A DNA stretch of 64,000 nucleotides from Raillietiella orientalis (GCA_036172245.1 JAYWIR010000025.1:434001-498000), one strand, 5' to 3'. Shown: positions 1 through 13,050, numbered from the stretch's first letter. Numbers and translations are program-made. Notes: generated by a model not told the origin, from the letters alone.

Positions 1-425
1 CTCTTTTGTTCCACACCTGCTTGCCCAGACATCTTCAATACTTTTCCTGAAACCTACCTGAGCACATTCTCATTATGGAACATTTCGTTTCTGGACTATG
101 GTCACTTCTGTCCATACTGATGATGCATTTCCACGAAGAATCGAATTCCGAACTCGCAAAACTCGAAGTATCCATTTTCTAAAAATATTTCTCCACCTCA
201 AAGAATGCCTCTACGGATTATCTGGTCTGTTTCGTTTGGCATACGTACAGCTCAAATGCAAATGATCCTAGCGTCTATTTCTTTATGTCGAAGCTTTGGA
301 GAATATTCTCATTTTCGGTTGCCGTGTTTCGGAGTTGCTTGCAGGGTTGCCTTTCTGAGGTCACCATTTCTTCCCAACGATCACGAAGGACTGTTCAACT
401 GGTGGTAGCTCATTTTTCACCAGTA

Positions 426-566
426 ATCGTACTTCGAGGCGGAATCTATACACACTTTCGTGTATTGATGTCATACCATGAAACCATAAGTAGGTGCCAG
501 CCTGCTGAAAGCCGTTAAGCCTGCTTCCCGACAGCCTGCTTCACAGGCTTAGGAATGGTCAGGATC
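426..566. repeat. ~140-150 bp dispersed repeat, copy 1 (second copy at 2093-2239)
   Basis: ATCGTACTTCGAGGCGGA...CACACTTTCGTGTATTGATGTCATACCATGAAACCATAAGTAGG...TTCACAGGCTTAGGAATGGTCAGGATC is near-identical at 426-566 and 2093-2239, in the same orientation. It contains internal AGCCTGCT subrepeats. Confidence 0.9.
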
Positions 567-1466
567 TGATCAGGCTAAGCTGTTGATCAGACTCCTCTTT
601 CGTTAGGGCCACTTGCTATTGTAGGGAGGAACGGCGCAAACTGTGGCACATGCAGGCCCTCGGACCAATGCTCCTGTTCTGGATGTCTCCTGAGATGTTC
701 TTCAGAAAATCAGGATTCCCCATTTCAGCATCTTTCCGTACAGTAAAAAAAAAAAAAAAAATGACAGCACCTTCCCAGAATAATAGGCACAACGAAGAAC
801 TTTAGTGAAACCGTCTCTGCACCATGAGTGTTTGGAGCACATTCGACAGCAAACTCCACTTTGAAGCTCGTCGAAAGCGGCGTTTTGCATTGCCTTCGTA
901 ATCTTTTTAAGAGTGCCGGTCGATGCTTATGGCCACGTCTTGAATGGCGTTCCTTCTTACTTATGTCTGGGAGAGGATACCACGGAAACATTCCTTCACA
1001 GCATTCAGAGAAAATAAATGATGAATTTCTCTTTTGGCTAATTATGGAGAAAGCTGCAATGCACGACCGCAATCTAAAAGCTATCAGTCTTCCGGAAATC
1101 CAATCGCTGTGACCTTGAATTAGGAAACCGCCGAACGGTTCAGCTGCTAATCTGTTATTCTTGGCATAAAAAGGCACGAAGCTGCGATCTGATTCCGAAA
1201 GACACCAAATGGCGCCGGGGGTTTAAAAGTTGCTTTCTTTCGGCTGCGGCGACCGAGCTTCCCCAAAGCCTCGTGTTTTGAGGCTACCCCTGCCAACCAG
1301 AGTTGCCAACAGAAGTTAATGGAATCCTGCTGGGTGGCCTTCGAAAACCCCAGATTTTTCAAAAAAAAATCTCCACATTTTAATAACTGGGAATTTATTA
1401 CTATTATTATTTATCACATGTAATTCGTATTTGATGAGGAAAATATAATTTTAATATGTAACTTAC

Positions 1467-3480
1467 TCAAAATAGCAGGTCCTTCGGGTCATCCTCATCA
1501 ATGGTCTCATAGTGCTGCAATTGTGAGGTGCTTGGAGTTTGGTTCTCAGCTTGTCCACTTTCGCTTCTGTAGGCAGCCAAGGTTCCCATTTTCCTTAGAA
1601 CCTCTGATGGCAATTGATAGTCCTTGCAGCATTCATTAGCGCGGTCTAGACCCTCCCTTATTGTGAGAATTGCATTGACCATTCCCATCCGATTTCGTGG
1701 TTTTGTCTTCACGATGTTCATCAAGCTGGAGATTCTTCCCTCTTGAGCATTATACCATGGAAGAACAAAGAGAGATGTCGCTACTCCAACCAACTCTTGA
1801 ACCAAAATGGATTGACATCAGATGAGTCCTTATAACTAGCTGCAACTCACTCCAGAACTCAATCGTACTGGCAGTTTTCTCCCACCTGCTCTTGTTAAAT
1901 TGCTCCACTGGATTTCTGCTTTTGCTATCTTATCTGATGAAATTTGGAGATGCTGCATTAGGGGTATCAATGGAACTTTGACAACACGAAGAGCACAAGA
2001 CACAATAATTATTAACATTGAACTTAGCACCTCTATATTATCAGGCAGTCTTGCTTGAAGCTCTTCATGTGACCTAATAAGGAAGATAATGCATCGTACT
2101 TCGAGGCGGATTCTTTACACACTTTCGTGTATTGATGTCATACCATGAAACCATAAGTAGGCTTTCAGCCTGCTGAAAGCCGTTCAGCCTGCTTTCAGAC
2201 TTTGCGGGATGCTTCACAGGCTTAGGAATGGTCAGGATCGAAGCCAGTTTTTCAGAATTCTGTTTCCTCTTCTGTTGACGGTTTCAGTTGACATAGTTCC
2301 TCTTGAACTTCATAGCCCAGATAGGAACGCCAGTGCATATAGTCATCAAGATTTTCTGTTAGAAAGTCCTTCCCGCAGCTTGGAAGCACAAACTTCTTGG
2401 CCGTGTTCTCCATCAAACCAGCCAGATCATCCAAGAGTACGATCGGCATTACTTGTCTTTGTTTACTCTTTGCACGTCAGTCAATGCTGGTCGGAGGAAG
2501 AGAAGTGCGTAGTCTTTCTCATCAGAAAGCACATTGCTTAAAAGGGATGTTTTATAATCTCCCTCTTTTGTGCTCGTAATTTTAAACACAGTACTGAGTT
2601 CTTCCCGCTGATCCAGAATTCTGTTTATTGCAGTCTCAGTCGACAGTCAACGAGTCTGGAACTTCTGTACAGTATCTCTGGGGTTGCGCCCACCCCATCC
2701 ATGGCAGCAAATAGAGCTTCGTAATCATTTCGCCGTAAGGCAGAATACTGGAGAGAGTGACACCCGCAACGGGTCATTGTAAGCCCTGAGCCTTCACTCT
2801 GCAGTTTAGGGCACACGCCAGGGTTTACGCCAGTCGTGACCCTCGCATTATCGACGCCAATTCCTTTCATATTTTGAATGTTTAATCCTTTACCACCAAG
2901 TGTTTCCTTCACAGAAGCAGCAAGTGATTCAGCAACACAGATGTCAAGCTCAGCCAATGCCAAAAAAGTAGATTCTACCCTTCCCGACTGATTACTGAAA
3001 TGTACAACAGCAATTTCTAGCATCTCAGTAACACCAATATCGTTGGTTTCACCAATTAGAATACTGAATGGACCAGTCCCTATACCATCAAGGAAGAGTT
3101 TGTTCGAAGTGAGGCGCCAATACGAACTTTACTATAGCAATACACTTAGGGAGAAGTAGCCGGACTTTGTAAACTGTACGAGAATTTATGTTGACGACAG
3201 TTTTCCGAGATTGTCTGCTGTTCTTATTGCTGCGTAACATGCTGTGAAGAGAGTTGAAGGCGCTTCAGCTGCGTTTTCAGAGTCTTCGTTCGTTGAAACA
3301 AAAGTGTCCAGTTTTCGTGAAGAGGAATGCGCAGCCCTGGCCGACTGATGCTTCTCCGTTTGGCAGTGAGAGAGTGGATCACAGTGTTTTGCAGCCAACG
3401 CGGGTTTGCGAAATCTGTTTAGCTTCATCAGCACCTCCCCGAATCACGAAGATCTAGTCTTTACGCAGCACTGTACTTTG
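1467..3480 (-). pseudogene. hAT transposase pseudogene
   Basis: Ordered minus-strand fragments: zinc-finger-like AKHCDPLSHCQTEKH; FSILIGETNDI (first catalytic D region); GIGVDNA and RCGCHSLQ (CxxH); TR*LS...RILDQ (TRWLS with TGG>TGA); YLGYE; RCIIFL...LQARLPDN; and the C-terminal dimerisation motif LPWYNAQEGRISSLMNIVKTKPRNRM. Frameshifts, stops and an insertion interrupt it. Confidence 0.9.
2093..2248. repeat. ~150 bp dispersed repeat, copy 2, inserted inside the hAT transposase
   Basis: Matches 426-566. On the minus strand it separates ...EEETEF from RCIIFLIR..., which read as contiguous transposase sequence once the repeat is removed. Confidence 0.85.
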
Positions 3481-6400
3481 CCGCTCCTTACGAAATCGTT
3501 GCTGATGCCACGGTCCCATATCTTGAATGAAGCGGTGAATGAAAATAATACAACACCAGGTATCGAAACCCACCATATCACAGGACACGTCCTACACACG
3601 AGCTGTCATCTACTCTTCGGATTCAATGGAACAAAGATGCAATGCCAGCTAACAATTATTTGTTGATGACGTGAAATTTATGCCATGAAGCAGCTGCTGC
3701 ATGCGTCCGATACACCCGCAAGAAGAGAGCCGCACTGCGGGTCTTATTACCTGTAGAGAAAAGAAAACGTTAGGACAGTCTGAAAACGTAATGAAATACT
3801 CAAGCTGGTTGCTGCTGTACTACAAGAAGCACAATTCAAATATCAAAATATTTTAATAATCAGGAAGTTTTTTTTCCTCAATAATCTTTACCAACGATGC
3901 AATCATTAACTCATATGACTACACATCCTCCAAGATTGAAGCGGGGATGTATAAAATATCCAGTGTTCTATTTAAGACTACTTACAACATCCATAATTGC
4001 GAATTTGTTTGCAACCATGGAAAACCCGTAAAATTCGGCCGCCAGTGATTGAGAAACCTCTAGAGTTCTCGCTCGGCGGTGATAAAATACTTTAGCCGCC
4101 AGGTGGGTTCCCCTTAACACTAGATCTAGCGGGAAAACCGCTAAATTGGCAACCCTGATGCCAACAGGTTAAAGGCTACACCTCCAATGAACTGCAATCT
4201 GTCTAACCGTCTTTCAAAAGCAGCGCCATCTAGTAGAAAGGCATACCATCATCATCAGCATACTTCTCCGTCGTTGATTCCTCACAGAGCCTCCTGGACC
4301 GCACATCAGTCAAATAGTGGGACCATACTCCTCTCAGCATCCTGTTGGTCGTGTCTCTTGTAGACATCTTTTAGGATGTGTCTGCGGCCTCTCCCAGCCC
4401 TCTCTAATTTCACATCCTAGTTTCTTTCTATTACTCTTTCAAAGAGGGCACCTCGTCTTGTGTCGGAGCTCGTTCTTCGAGGCACTTTACCCACGCACGC
4501 TTCAGCTTCCAACGGTGGCACCAAAGAAGACAGCAAAATTCCGACGAGACGGATGCGGCATCGACGCCCACGAAACATCGTTGTGCTCCTGACCAGGAAA
4601 GGGACATGCATTCGGGAGTGAAACTTCCCCAGACAGCAACGCTTCAACCGCAGCACGGGAGGCAGGTCGCAGAAGGTTACCGTACAGTGGCTCAGGGCCG
4701 CGAAGGACCCTGCTAGGATCCCGCCAGGATAGAAGGACTTTCTTGGAAATTCCCTCTAAGGATTCCTGGATGACGGGCTTCTCGGTCCCGTTCCTGCGTC
4801 CTTCTTCTACGCCGCCGGCACTCTGGCCACCTCGCGGAATGCGATGGGGCATTCCCTGCAGCGCGGAATGATGCCACGCACGCGCGGGGTAGATCCCCGA
4901 GGAGTGCTGAGCGCCTGCTGATGCGGAAATCCCAAGTGAGAGCTTCCAGGAGGCCCTAGGGACTTCAGAAGGGTTATATAGCTGGCAAGCTCGACTTTCC
5001 CATCGCTGGCCCCCGGAACCTGCCCAGCAGCAGCATGCCGACGTCTTCGGGGGAGCGCACTGGCGGTCTCTCCCCCTCTCCCCTCTCTCCCTTCCAGCGA
5101 ACAGCGGGTGGGAATCTCCAGGGATGCCTGTGGCCATTCTGGTGGCTCTCCTGCGCGGCGCGGCGAGAGGACCGGATGGGGTGTGGGACGCGTTGTGCCT
5201 CTTGGCAGTCCCGCTCGGAGCAGCTTGAACGAACCCGTGATCTTCCCTCCCCGTCTCCACAACAAAGGCCCGCCGTGGTCACCACCGTCGCCGTCGTCGG
5301 GAGACTGTCCCGCCCCGCCTTTATTGATCGGCCCTCCCTCCCTACCCTCACGCCTCCGCGGAGGTTTGCGTCGTGCGGGGACGGCAGATTACCCCGACCT
5401 TTTTTCCTAGCGGCGTCATCTCCGTCTCATTTTCACTGGGACTGCCCGCACAACCGTCATGGAGCCCATCGGGAGGACCCTCGGGCCGCGCAGATCGGCC
5501 CGCGGACGGATCGCTCCTTCCTCAGGGGCCCGGACGTCTGAATCAGGATCAGGTCGGCACTGGAAGGCCGGATGTAGAGGCGCCCTCCTTCCAGCGGACT
5601 CTGGCCTTGCGCAGCCACAGATCGACCACCTGCGCCACCCTCGACCGGGATGTCAGCAGATTGCCCCCTCTTCTGTGAGATCATCCCGGTCCGAGGCCGC
5701 GGTGGAGCCCACGCCGAGGGACGGGGCTGCCTCCGAAGAATCCAGGATTCCACCGTGGGTCCTTCTCGCCCTTCGACCCTGGTTCCATCCGAGGGACTCC
5801 TTCCGATGAGTGCCACGGCCGTCGCGGGCGCCGTCGCCGTGGAAGCGCCTGAACTCGAGTCGCTGCCGAGAAGCATTGTGTGGTGGCACACCTGATGGAG
5901 CGCTCCCCCCCGGCCCAGCGCTCCTCCGTCCAGGGGACCCTCCGTTTAACACTCTTCGCTTCCTCCTCCCGCCGCCGTGCGCGGACTGACGGGAGGGCTG
6001 CGCGACCTGCGCTGCTTCCTGCCCGCCGGCTGCTCCCAGAGGCGCCAGTCGCGGGACGAATTCCAGCGTCGAGGAAGAAAACCAGCCCGCCGAGGCCAGG
6101 GGAACCTTCCCCTCTGCCGACGGACCTTTCCCTTCGCCTTTGCCCGGGAGGGGGGAACGCGCTCCTCGGATGCGCAGTGGGGACGGGAATCCTCAGCCAG
6201 CTCCAAGAGTGGCACGGCACTGATCCTCCGCCCGTCATGGCCGTCATCATTATCGACCCTCCCCCACCTCCCAAGTTTACGAACACCTTGTGAGAGCCTC
6301 CCCTGAGCTGATGGTTGGACGTGACCCTCGAAGTCGAGTGGACCTCGCGGTGCGGCCTCAGCCTGAGGCAGGAAAGAGGGGGACCGCGGATGTCCTCCAG

Positions 6401-8126
6401 CGCGCCGTCCGCGCGGACAGCCCCGAGTGACCCGTCGGGACGCCATCCGGTTGTCTCCCTATACCCCATCTGTCGTCTTTATTTATCCGGGACCCATCCC
6501 ACTCCGTTTCCACCCTCCCCTCTTCCTTTAGCCTTTCCCCTCCCCCTTCTTCCTTCCCTGCCTCGCCCCCTCCTGTTGACTCTCCGACGCCCTCGGGAGG
6601 CGCGGAGAGACCAGCTGACCCGTGTGGTCGCTTCCTCTTCCCCGGAGATTGTCTTCCCACTGCAGTAGCTCCCGAAGGGCACTCTGGCCTCCGCCCTCCC
6701 CTTGGGGAGAAACCCTCCCATCCGCTTTCCCTGCTCACACGAGCGAAGCGAAGGGAGGTCAGGACGCCTTCCTTTGCGTGAGGGACACCCACGTGGGAAG
6801 GCTGTGGGTAGAGAAGGGAGCACCCCGGAGGCTCCTCAGAGCAGGGGAGTCTTCCTTCCCGGGGACCGAGCGGCCGTGGCTCCAGGGAAGGGGTGGGAGG
6901 GAAGTCTGCCACTCGAGGGTGAGCGCTGTACTGGACGTGAGGATGCCGGGGGCGCCCCTCCTACCGGTTTCGACGCACTTCCCAGAAGAGGAGGCGAGTA
7001 GCGTCCCCGGACGCCTCCCGCAGGGTCCTCATCGGGCGTCCGCTCTTCTCCTCTCGAAGACGCCCAAGGGCCTTTCCGAAGGGACTCCCCGACCGCCACC
7101 GGGTGGGTTTTCCAGGATTCCTCTTCTCCCTTCGCGGTGCTCACGGGGGTCCTCCATGCCGCTTCCTTCTTCTCGTCCCTCACGTTTTCATGGATACGTT
7201 CCCCGCATTTTCCTCCGGGTGCGGACTGACTTCTGGCTCGCCCGGATCTCGGCTCGACTGTGCCCCGGATTGCGGCTTCCCGATATCCGAGGGGGAGTGG
7301 CAAGAGCAGGGCGCTTTAGGCTAGACGGGGAGCGCGGTGCTCTGGGGCCGGGGCCCGGAAGGGTGGCGTGAGGGTTTTTTTGCCTCCGTGGGAGGAGTTC
7401 TCGGGGGGTCTCCCTGCTTGCGAGGAGAGAGCTACTGAGGGACTGCTCCCGCCACATCCCTTCGGTCTCCGTAGCGTCGGCTGCGCCCAGGGAGCGATGC
7501 ATGGCAATGGGGGGAAGGGGGAGGGAGGAGACTGACGCAGCCATTCCGGCTAGCCGAGCGAAGCCTCCGGGCGAGTCGTCCGGGAGCGCCCGATCCGCTC
7601 CTTCAGTGCCTGAGAGGACGGACACTCCGGGTCGCACCGTTTGAAGAAAGGGGCAGGTCAAGCCGAGGACCGTTTGCCGGACGGGAAAGGGAAGGGGTGG
7701 GACGGGGGTGGCAAGAGAACCGAAGGACACGCGAAAGCGTCCCTCCTCCTTCTCCTCCTCCTGGATGCGCACCGATAGGAGCGCAGCATGTGGACACGCC
7801 GGCCCGGGCGCGTGAGGTCGCTTTCCGAAGGCTTCCGCGAGCGGGCGCTCTCGTCTTGCCGCCGTCGAGCGGACTTCCTGCAGAGCTGTGAACATGGGAA
7901 GGGGGAAAAGGGGGAAGAGAAGAGCGATCCTGGCACACGCGATCAGTGGTCTCCACCTCGCGAAGCACCGGGAGACGTCACACGCTGTGTCGAAAGGCGC
8001 GGGATCTACGGCACGCGCGCAACGTGGGCGCTGCCGCCGGAGCGGTTGCGCAAAAGCAGTGGTGAATCACGTCGTGACCCGCTCCTGGTGACATCTCTTT
8101 GGTCTGAGTAGGCAGGTAGGCACGGA

Positions 8127-8315
8127 TGAAGGGGAGGAGGAAGGAAGGAATGAGAGGACGAGGAGGAGGAAGAAAGGAAGAAGAAGAGGAGGAAGGGGAG
8201 GAGAGGAGGAGAAGGCAGAGAGGAAAGGAAGAGGAGGAAAGGAAGAGGAGGAAAGGAAGAGGAGGAAAATAAGAAGAGAAGGAAGAAGTATGAAAGGTAG
8301 GAGGAAGAAGAAGGA
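8127..8315. repeat. Polypurine (GA-rich) low-complexity tract
   Basis: About 190 bp almost entirely G/A (GAGGAGGAAG-type units). Pyrimidine-rich tracts lie nearby at about 8370-8420 and 9230-9310. Confidence 0.9.
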
Positions 8316-9634
8316 ATTGAGCTAGAGGGTGGCTCGTCCATTGCCATCGATAGGTAGACCATCGTCATTGCCCTCTTTTCCTCCCCTATTCTCCACCTTC
8401 TACCCCCCCCCCTTCATCTCCCTGGACATCGCCTCGGCATCGCCATCACCCAATGTCGCACAGCCTCCGTCACCAGTAACACGAGAGCGACGTCCCTTCT
8501 CTGTCCGACAGAGGCTGGGTGCGAGCGAGGAACGTGCGCTCTCCCATGCTGCTCCTTCAGGAGCGCAGGCGACGAGCCTCTCCGTGAGCTGTGCGGGCAA
8601 GGGAAAGAAGTTGAGCATCCACCGAGGCGGAATCCTGAGCATCTCCCTCTGGGATCCATCGGACTTCCTTCTGCATCCTTCTGCCCTCTCCCCTCCCTAC
8701 TCGTGCTCTAAAATCTTCCAGTTCTCTCCGGCTCTCTCGGTGGAGTGGCGGCTCCACGACACCCTCCGCCGATCGCAGGTAGGGGAGGAGGCTCCCGTCC
8801 CAGTGGAGGAAGGGGACCTCTCTCAGGGCAGCGGGATGAGACGGTGGACTCCGAACTTCTGCCACAGGAGGGAACGTCTCCGTCACCCTCCTGTGGTGCT
8901 TCGGGAGCGTCCAGCTGTGCATCGGCATGCAGGGAAGCCCCGAAGAGCAGCTCCCCTCGAGCGCCCGCGAAAGGAAGCAAAAAACGTGACCGGGAAGAAC
9001 GCTCGGGGGAGAAAAGAGAGAAAGGAGCGCGGGTTGCGGAAGAAGGACGAGGAGGGAAGAGAGGGAGAAGGGGAGAGAAATCGGCCGGAGTTTCTCGAGT
9101 TGAAACCAACTCGGGACGAAATCTGAAGCACCCTCGAGGGCGGGTTTGGGGAGACCCCCAGACATCCGCCACCGGACGCACGCAGCTGCAGGGGCATCCC
9201 GCGACCAGTCTTCTTTGAAGGATGATGACGTTCCTTCCTTTTCTTCCTCCTTTTCACTTCTTCCTCCTCCTTCCTTTTACTTCTTCCTCCTTCTTCTACC
9301 CTCTCGCTCTGCCCAGACGTGAGGTTGGCGCCCGCGCTCGGAGCCGGGCAGAAAGGAAAGAGAAAGGGAAATCGAGAGCGCCGGATTCCGCCCAGCAGCC
9401 ACCAAGTCGTCTCTGAGCATGCAGAAGGTGGGACCACGCCCAGTGGCCATAAGGAGGTGTCTAGATGCCAATTTTCCCGCCTAAAAGAGTGAGCACGGAG
9501 ACCGAGCAATCAGGAAGGGTCATGGGAAAGGGAAAGAGTCACGTGGCAGCATATATCACGACTCGGCGGGTCTACACAGTCTCCTGGGGGGGGGGGGGGG
9601 GGAGAAAGAAAAGAGATCTGAAGGGAGAGGGGGA

Positions 9635-9641
9635 TATAAAA
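9635..9641 (+). promoter_or_regulatory. TATA box of the cuticle protein gene
   Basis: TATAAAA in a GC-rich context about 150 bp upstream of the predicted ATG at 9787. Confidence 0.6.
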
Positions 9642-9786
9642 GCCTCGGCCGAGGAGCAGGTCCGTGCCCATAAGCGACTAGCCCCCGCCGACACGAGGAC
9701 GACAACGAAGAACCTCCTGACACTCGGTGGCCGACAGTCTTCAACTCCCTCTCTGCTCCTTTGTCTGCCTGCCGCCGGACTTGGCC

Positions 9787-10790
9787 ATGGTTCTCGACAA
9801 GGTGGACCCCCTTCCTCCCCCGCTCCTTGCCTCCCTTGCCTGGGAGGGAGGGAGGTGGACGAAACGCCCGCTCGGAGCGCGATGGTCACTGCTGCAGCTC
9901 TCGGGCGCCACTCGGGAGTGCGCGCTCTTCGGCTCTTTGTCCGTAGCGTGGCTCCCCCGTGGGAGCAACGGGACTGCGTCTCCCCGCCCTTCTCCTCCAT
10001 TTGATCCCTCTGAAGGGAATTTCGAGCTCCAGAGCGAGCGTGTACGCCGTCTTCTCCCTTCCTCGAGGCGAACCTCCTCCCTTCCAAAAGCGCCATCACG
10101 CCTGGCTCTCTGCCTTTCTGCAGGTTCTGGTGCTGTTGCTGCTGGTATCTGCATCCCTGGGTGCGAGGACGTACAGGGCGGAATCCCTGCATCCCGAGTA
10201 CAGGCCGGAGCAGCCTAAGGAAGAGGAGTACGCCGAGCGCAGCAGCAGGCCCGAGTACCTTGCCTACAGGCCAGCGTACACGTCGGACTACCCTTCGTAC
10301 AAGCAGGAGGCCACTGCGGCATACAGACCGGACCAACTTCTCAGGAAGGACGAACGCGTCCGCAAGTCCCCCAGGTCCGATTACGTCTCTGCGGACAAGC
10401 CCGCCTACCAGCCGGCCTACAAGGATGCCTACTCCTACGAGAAGGACTACAACGTGAGTGAGGGAGGAAAAAGGAGGGCACAAGGACTCTGGGACCAACC
10501 ACTCCTCTTCCCAGGACCCGCCCAACTACTCCTTTAGCTACCGCGTGAAGGATGACTACTACAACGACTTCGGACACTCGGAGTCCCGGAACGGGGACTA
10601 CACCGAGGGGACCTACTACGTCGCCCTTCCCGACGGGCGCGTCCAGACGGTCACCTACACGGCCGACGGGAACGGGTACGTGGCCGACGTGCAGTACTCT
10701 GGCGAGGCCACGTACGACAAGCCGCACAAATACGAGTCCGCCTACCCCAAGACTCCCTACGCCCCCTACAAAGCCTACGAAGCCAAATGA
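9787..10790 (+). CDS. Cuticular protein, CPR family RR-2 type (Chitin_bind_4; pro-resilin-like domain), ~206 aa, 3 exons
   Basis: Exon 9787-9801 is MVLDK followed by AAG|GT and is the least certain. Exon 10124-10453 follows tttctgcag and encodes signal peptide VLVLLLLVSASLG plus Tyr/Pro-rich segments, ending at donor GTGAGT. Exon 10515-10790 follows cttcccag. All junctions are phase 0. R&R consensus: YSFSYRVKDDYYNDFGHSESRNGDYTEGTYYVALPDGRVQTVTYTADGNGYVADVQY. AATAAA at 10894-10899. Confidence 0.93.
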
Positions 10791-11399
10791 AGCTCGCCGG
10801 CAGCAGAGGAAGAGTGCGCTGCGCGCTGCGGCTGGGATCCCGTGCCAGTGGGGTCCCGATGATCGAGGGCGGCCCCGTGGCTCTCGGGATCAAAATAAAA
10901 CGAAATTGTAGGAGTCCTCCTGGCGTTCTTCACTGGGAGTCTTCCCCTTTTTCTCTTTTCTCCCCCTCCCCCGACCGTCGCTCCGCCCTTCCTGCAGGAC
11001 GGCGGGGACGGCGGACGCCTTCCGTCCCCGTCGTCCTGTTCGGGGCCAGGTGAGACGATCTGCGGCAGGATGGCTGGGTCGCTCAGAGGCGGCGCCGCTC
11101 GTCCAGAGGGCGAAGTTCACCTGCAGCGCTGCAGTGGCAGCAGCGACCCGCGCCGCATTCCCTCCTTGCCCTGGGGGCCTCGTCCTTCGGTTTCTTGCTG
11201 GACGATGTCTGCGTTCCGGTGGGAGGAAAGCGGGAGGAGGAAAAGGATGACGCAGAGGACGAGAGGGAGAGGGGAAAGGGAGGAATGCCTTCCTACTTCT
11301 GGGGATGTGAACGCTCACGGCTGGCAGCTCCTCCAAACGGAAAAGCGAGTGTTCCGAAGAAGCCCTCCGGGTCCTCTGACCCTCGCAAAGCCTTGTGAG

Positions 11400-13050
11400 G
11401 TCGCCTTACCGCTTTCTCTCCCTGGAAATGAGATCTGCTTGTGTGTCCGGAAGGACTTGCTTTTCAAGGGTGCTCCAAGACGAAAGACAGCGCGCTCTTA
11501 GGCGTGCTTGTTCGCCGGCAAAAGTCGAGGATCACTGTAAGCACGCCTTCCGAAAAGGAATGGCACCTCAGTCGCAGAAGGTGGAGGAGGATGGTCAGCC
11601 GCGCAAACACCTTCTGTACCGCGCAGTCGAGGTCCCCAGCAGCGGCCAGGCTCGCAGCTCTTTCCTCAGGGTTCTCCCGCCTCGTCTTTCGCAGTTCCTT
11701 GCGTTCCGAAGCAGAGTGTGGGGAATTCCCATCGGCTGCGTTCTCCTCAGAAAAGCTTCCGGAGTCTTCCCCGTGCCGCAAGCTGAAGCTGGTGACCGGA
11801 AGACGAAGAGAAGGCGTTCCTGGGCGTCTGGACGGTTCGCTTCCTTTCGCCGCGCCCAAACCCTCTATTCCAACTTGATAGGGAAGACCATGGAACCGGA
11901 ACGTATTCTACGCGAGAAAGGGCGTCGTCGCCTTGCGATCGGATGCAGCTCCGCGGTCTCTCCGAGGTTCGACCGAACGAAAAGCGCCACTTTCTGCCGC
12001 GTTTGATCGTCCGCACGGGAACCTCTGAATATCTACTCACCCGTCTGTCTTCCGGACTCGACTATGGCTCCGAGTGAGGGTGGTCCCTTTCCTTCCTCTC
12101 TCTGTTCCATTCTGGGTGGCCGAAACGTCCACTTGGAGCGCGATGATCACTGCTGCCGCTCTCGGCAGGCATGGCATGTGGATGGCACGCTAAGAATCTT
12201 GCAGCCGAGTTCGCAGGGGTCACTTTGCTCTCGGTCACTCCTTGAACTTGCTGCTCACGAAAGCAGTTTGCTCACCCATCGTTCAGGCGGGAAGCTCGCA
12301 AGACCCAAGATCTGTACAGGAGCGTTTCTATGCCTCGGACCTTTGCACCGTTTATCGCAAGCTCCTGGAGGACAAATGATGGCTCTGCATTTCATGATTC
12401 CAACTTTCTCCACCACTTCCAGGTATTCTTCAGCGTGGCACACACCCTATCACCGGAAGCATCTAAGGTCCCAGAGTTCCATGCTTTCAAAATGGGGGTT
12501 CCCTGTTTTAGGATACCGATCTGCTGCAAAAATGACAAAACAGTCATGCTCTTGCCATCATTCGTTGGCATTCTTCAAAGGCCTGCGATGAGGAGCGAGC
12601 AATGAAAGACCAAAAGACGCTCCCGAATCCAAAAATAGTCCTGGTTAATAGGATACAATGGTTTATAAAGAACTGTAAATTCTTTCAAAAACTTCCCTCA
12701 GTGTCATCGGAATGAACAGCAGTGACTGGTTACGCGACCGTCGTGTAAGGAGGTTTCTGGTTGGCAGGGTCGCCTCCTAGAGTTGCCAGGAACCATTCTT
12801 CTTCTAGTGAAGGAAACCTTCTAGTCTATGTGTTTGAGGAAAGGACTCAGGTGGGCGTCCCGACTTCTTGTACCGAGCTGAAGGCTGGGCGTTTCTCGCT
12901 CGCCACATTAGACGACCTGCTGACGTCTCCGAATCAGGTCCTGGGCACTTTTTTTTGCAGGCTTCGTCAAACATCAAAGTGCCTGTAATGTGTTTTCTGA
13001 TGTTCTCCTGGATTCACCTGGACTATGTGAAATTCTTTTCTAGCTTTTCA
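11400..13050 (-). mobile_element. Highly decayed non-LTR retrotransposon ORF2 fragment
   Basis: Weak RT-like remnants on the minus strand (IICPP...RHRNAPVQIL resembling LIPK...RPISLL; VPVPWSSLS resembling GVPQGSxLS). Boundaries are approximate. Confidence 0.3.

Larger units (their letters stand above)
1298..4157 (-). mobile_element. hAT-superfamily DNA transposon (Tip100/ZNF862-like), both ends present, transposase decayed
   Basis: Terminal inverted repeats CAGAGTTGCCAA (1298-1309) and TTGGCAACCCTG (4146-4157) match 11/12. Flanks CTGCCAAC (1290-1297) and ATGCCAAC (4158-4165) form an 8-bp TSD with one mismatch, the length typical of hAT. The element encloses hAT transposase motifs. Confidence 0.88.

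Noticed and set aside
342..351. CAGGGTTGCC as the left TIR of the hAT element
   Set aside because: Its flank does not match the 8 bp after 4157, whereas the TIR at 1298 gives a 7/8 TSD.
4220..4236. CTCF-like motif GCAGCGCCATCTAGTAG at an AT/GC boundary
   Set aside because: It is a single motif that is also common in transposon ends and cannot be supported from sequence alone.
4500..8000. Dense overlapping ORFs in all six frames
   Set aside because: They are explained by high GC. There are faint LINE ORF1-like traces near 6200-6470 (-), too weak to call.
9572..10727. Minus-strand ORFs of 317 aa and 128 aa
   Set aside because: These are antisense shadows of the GC-rich cuticle gene.
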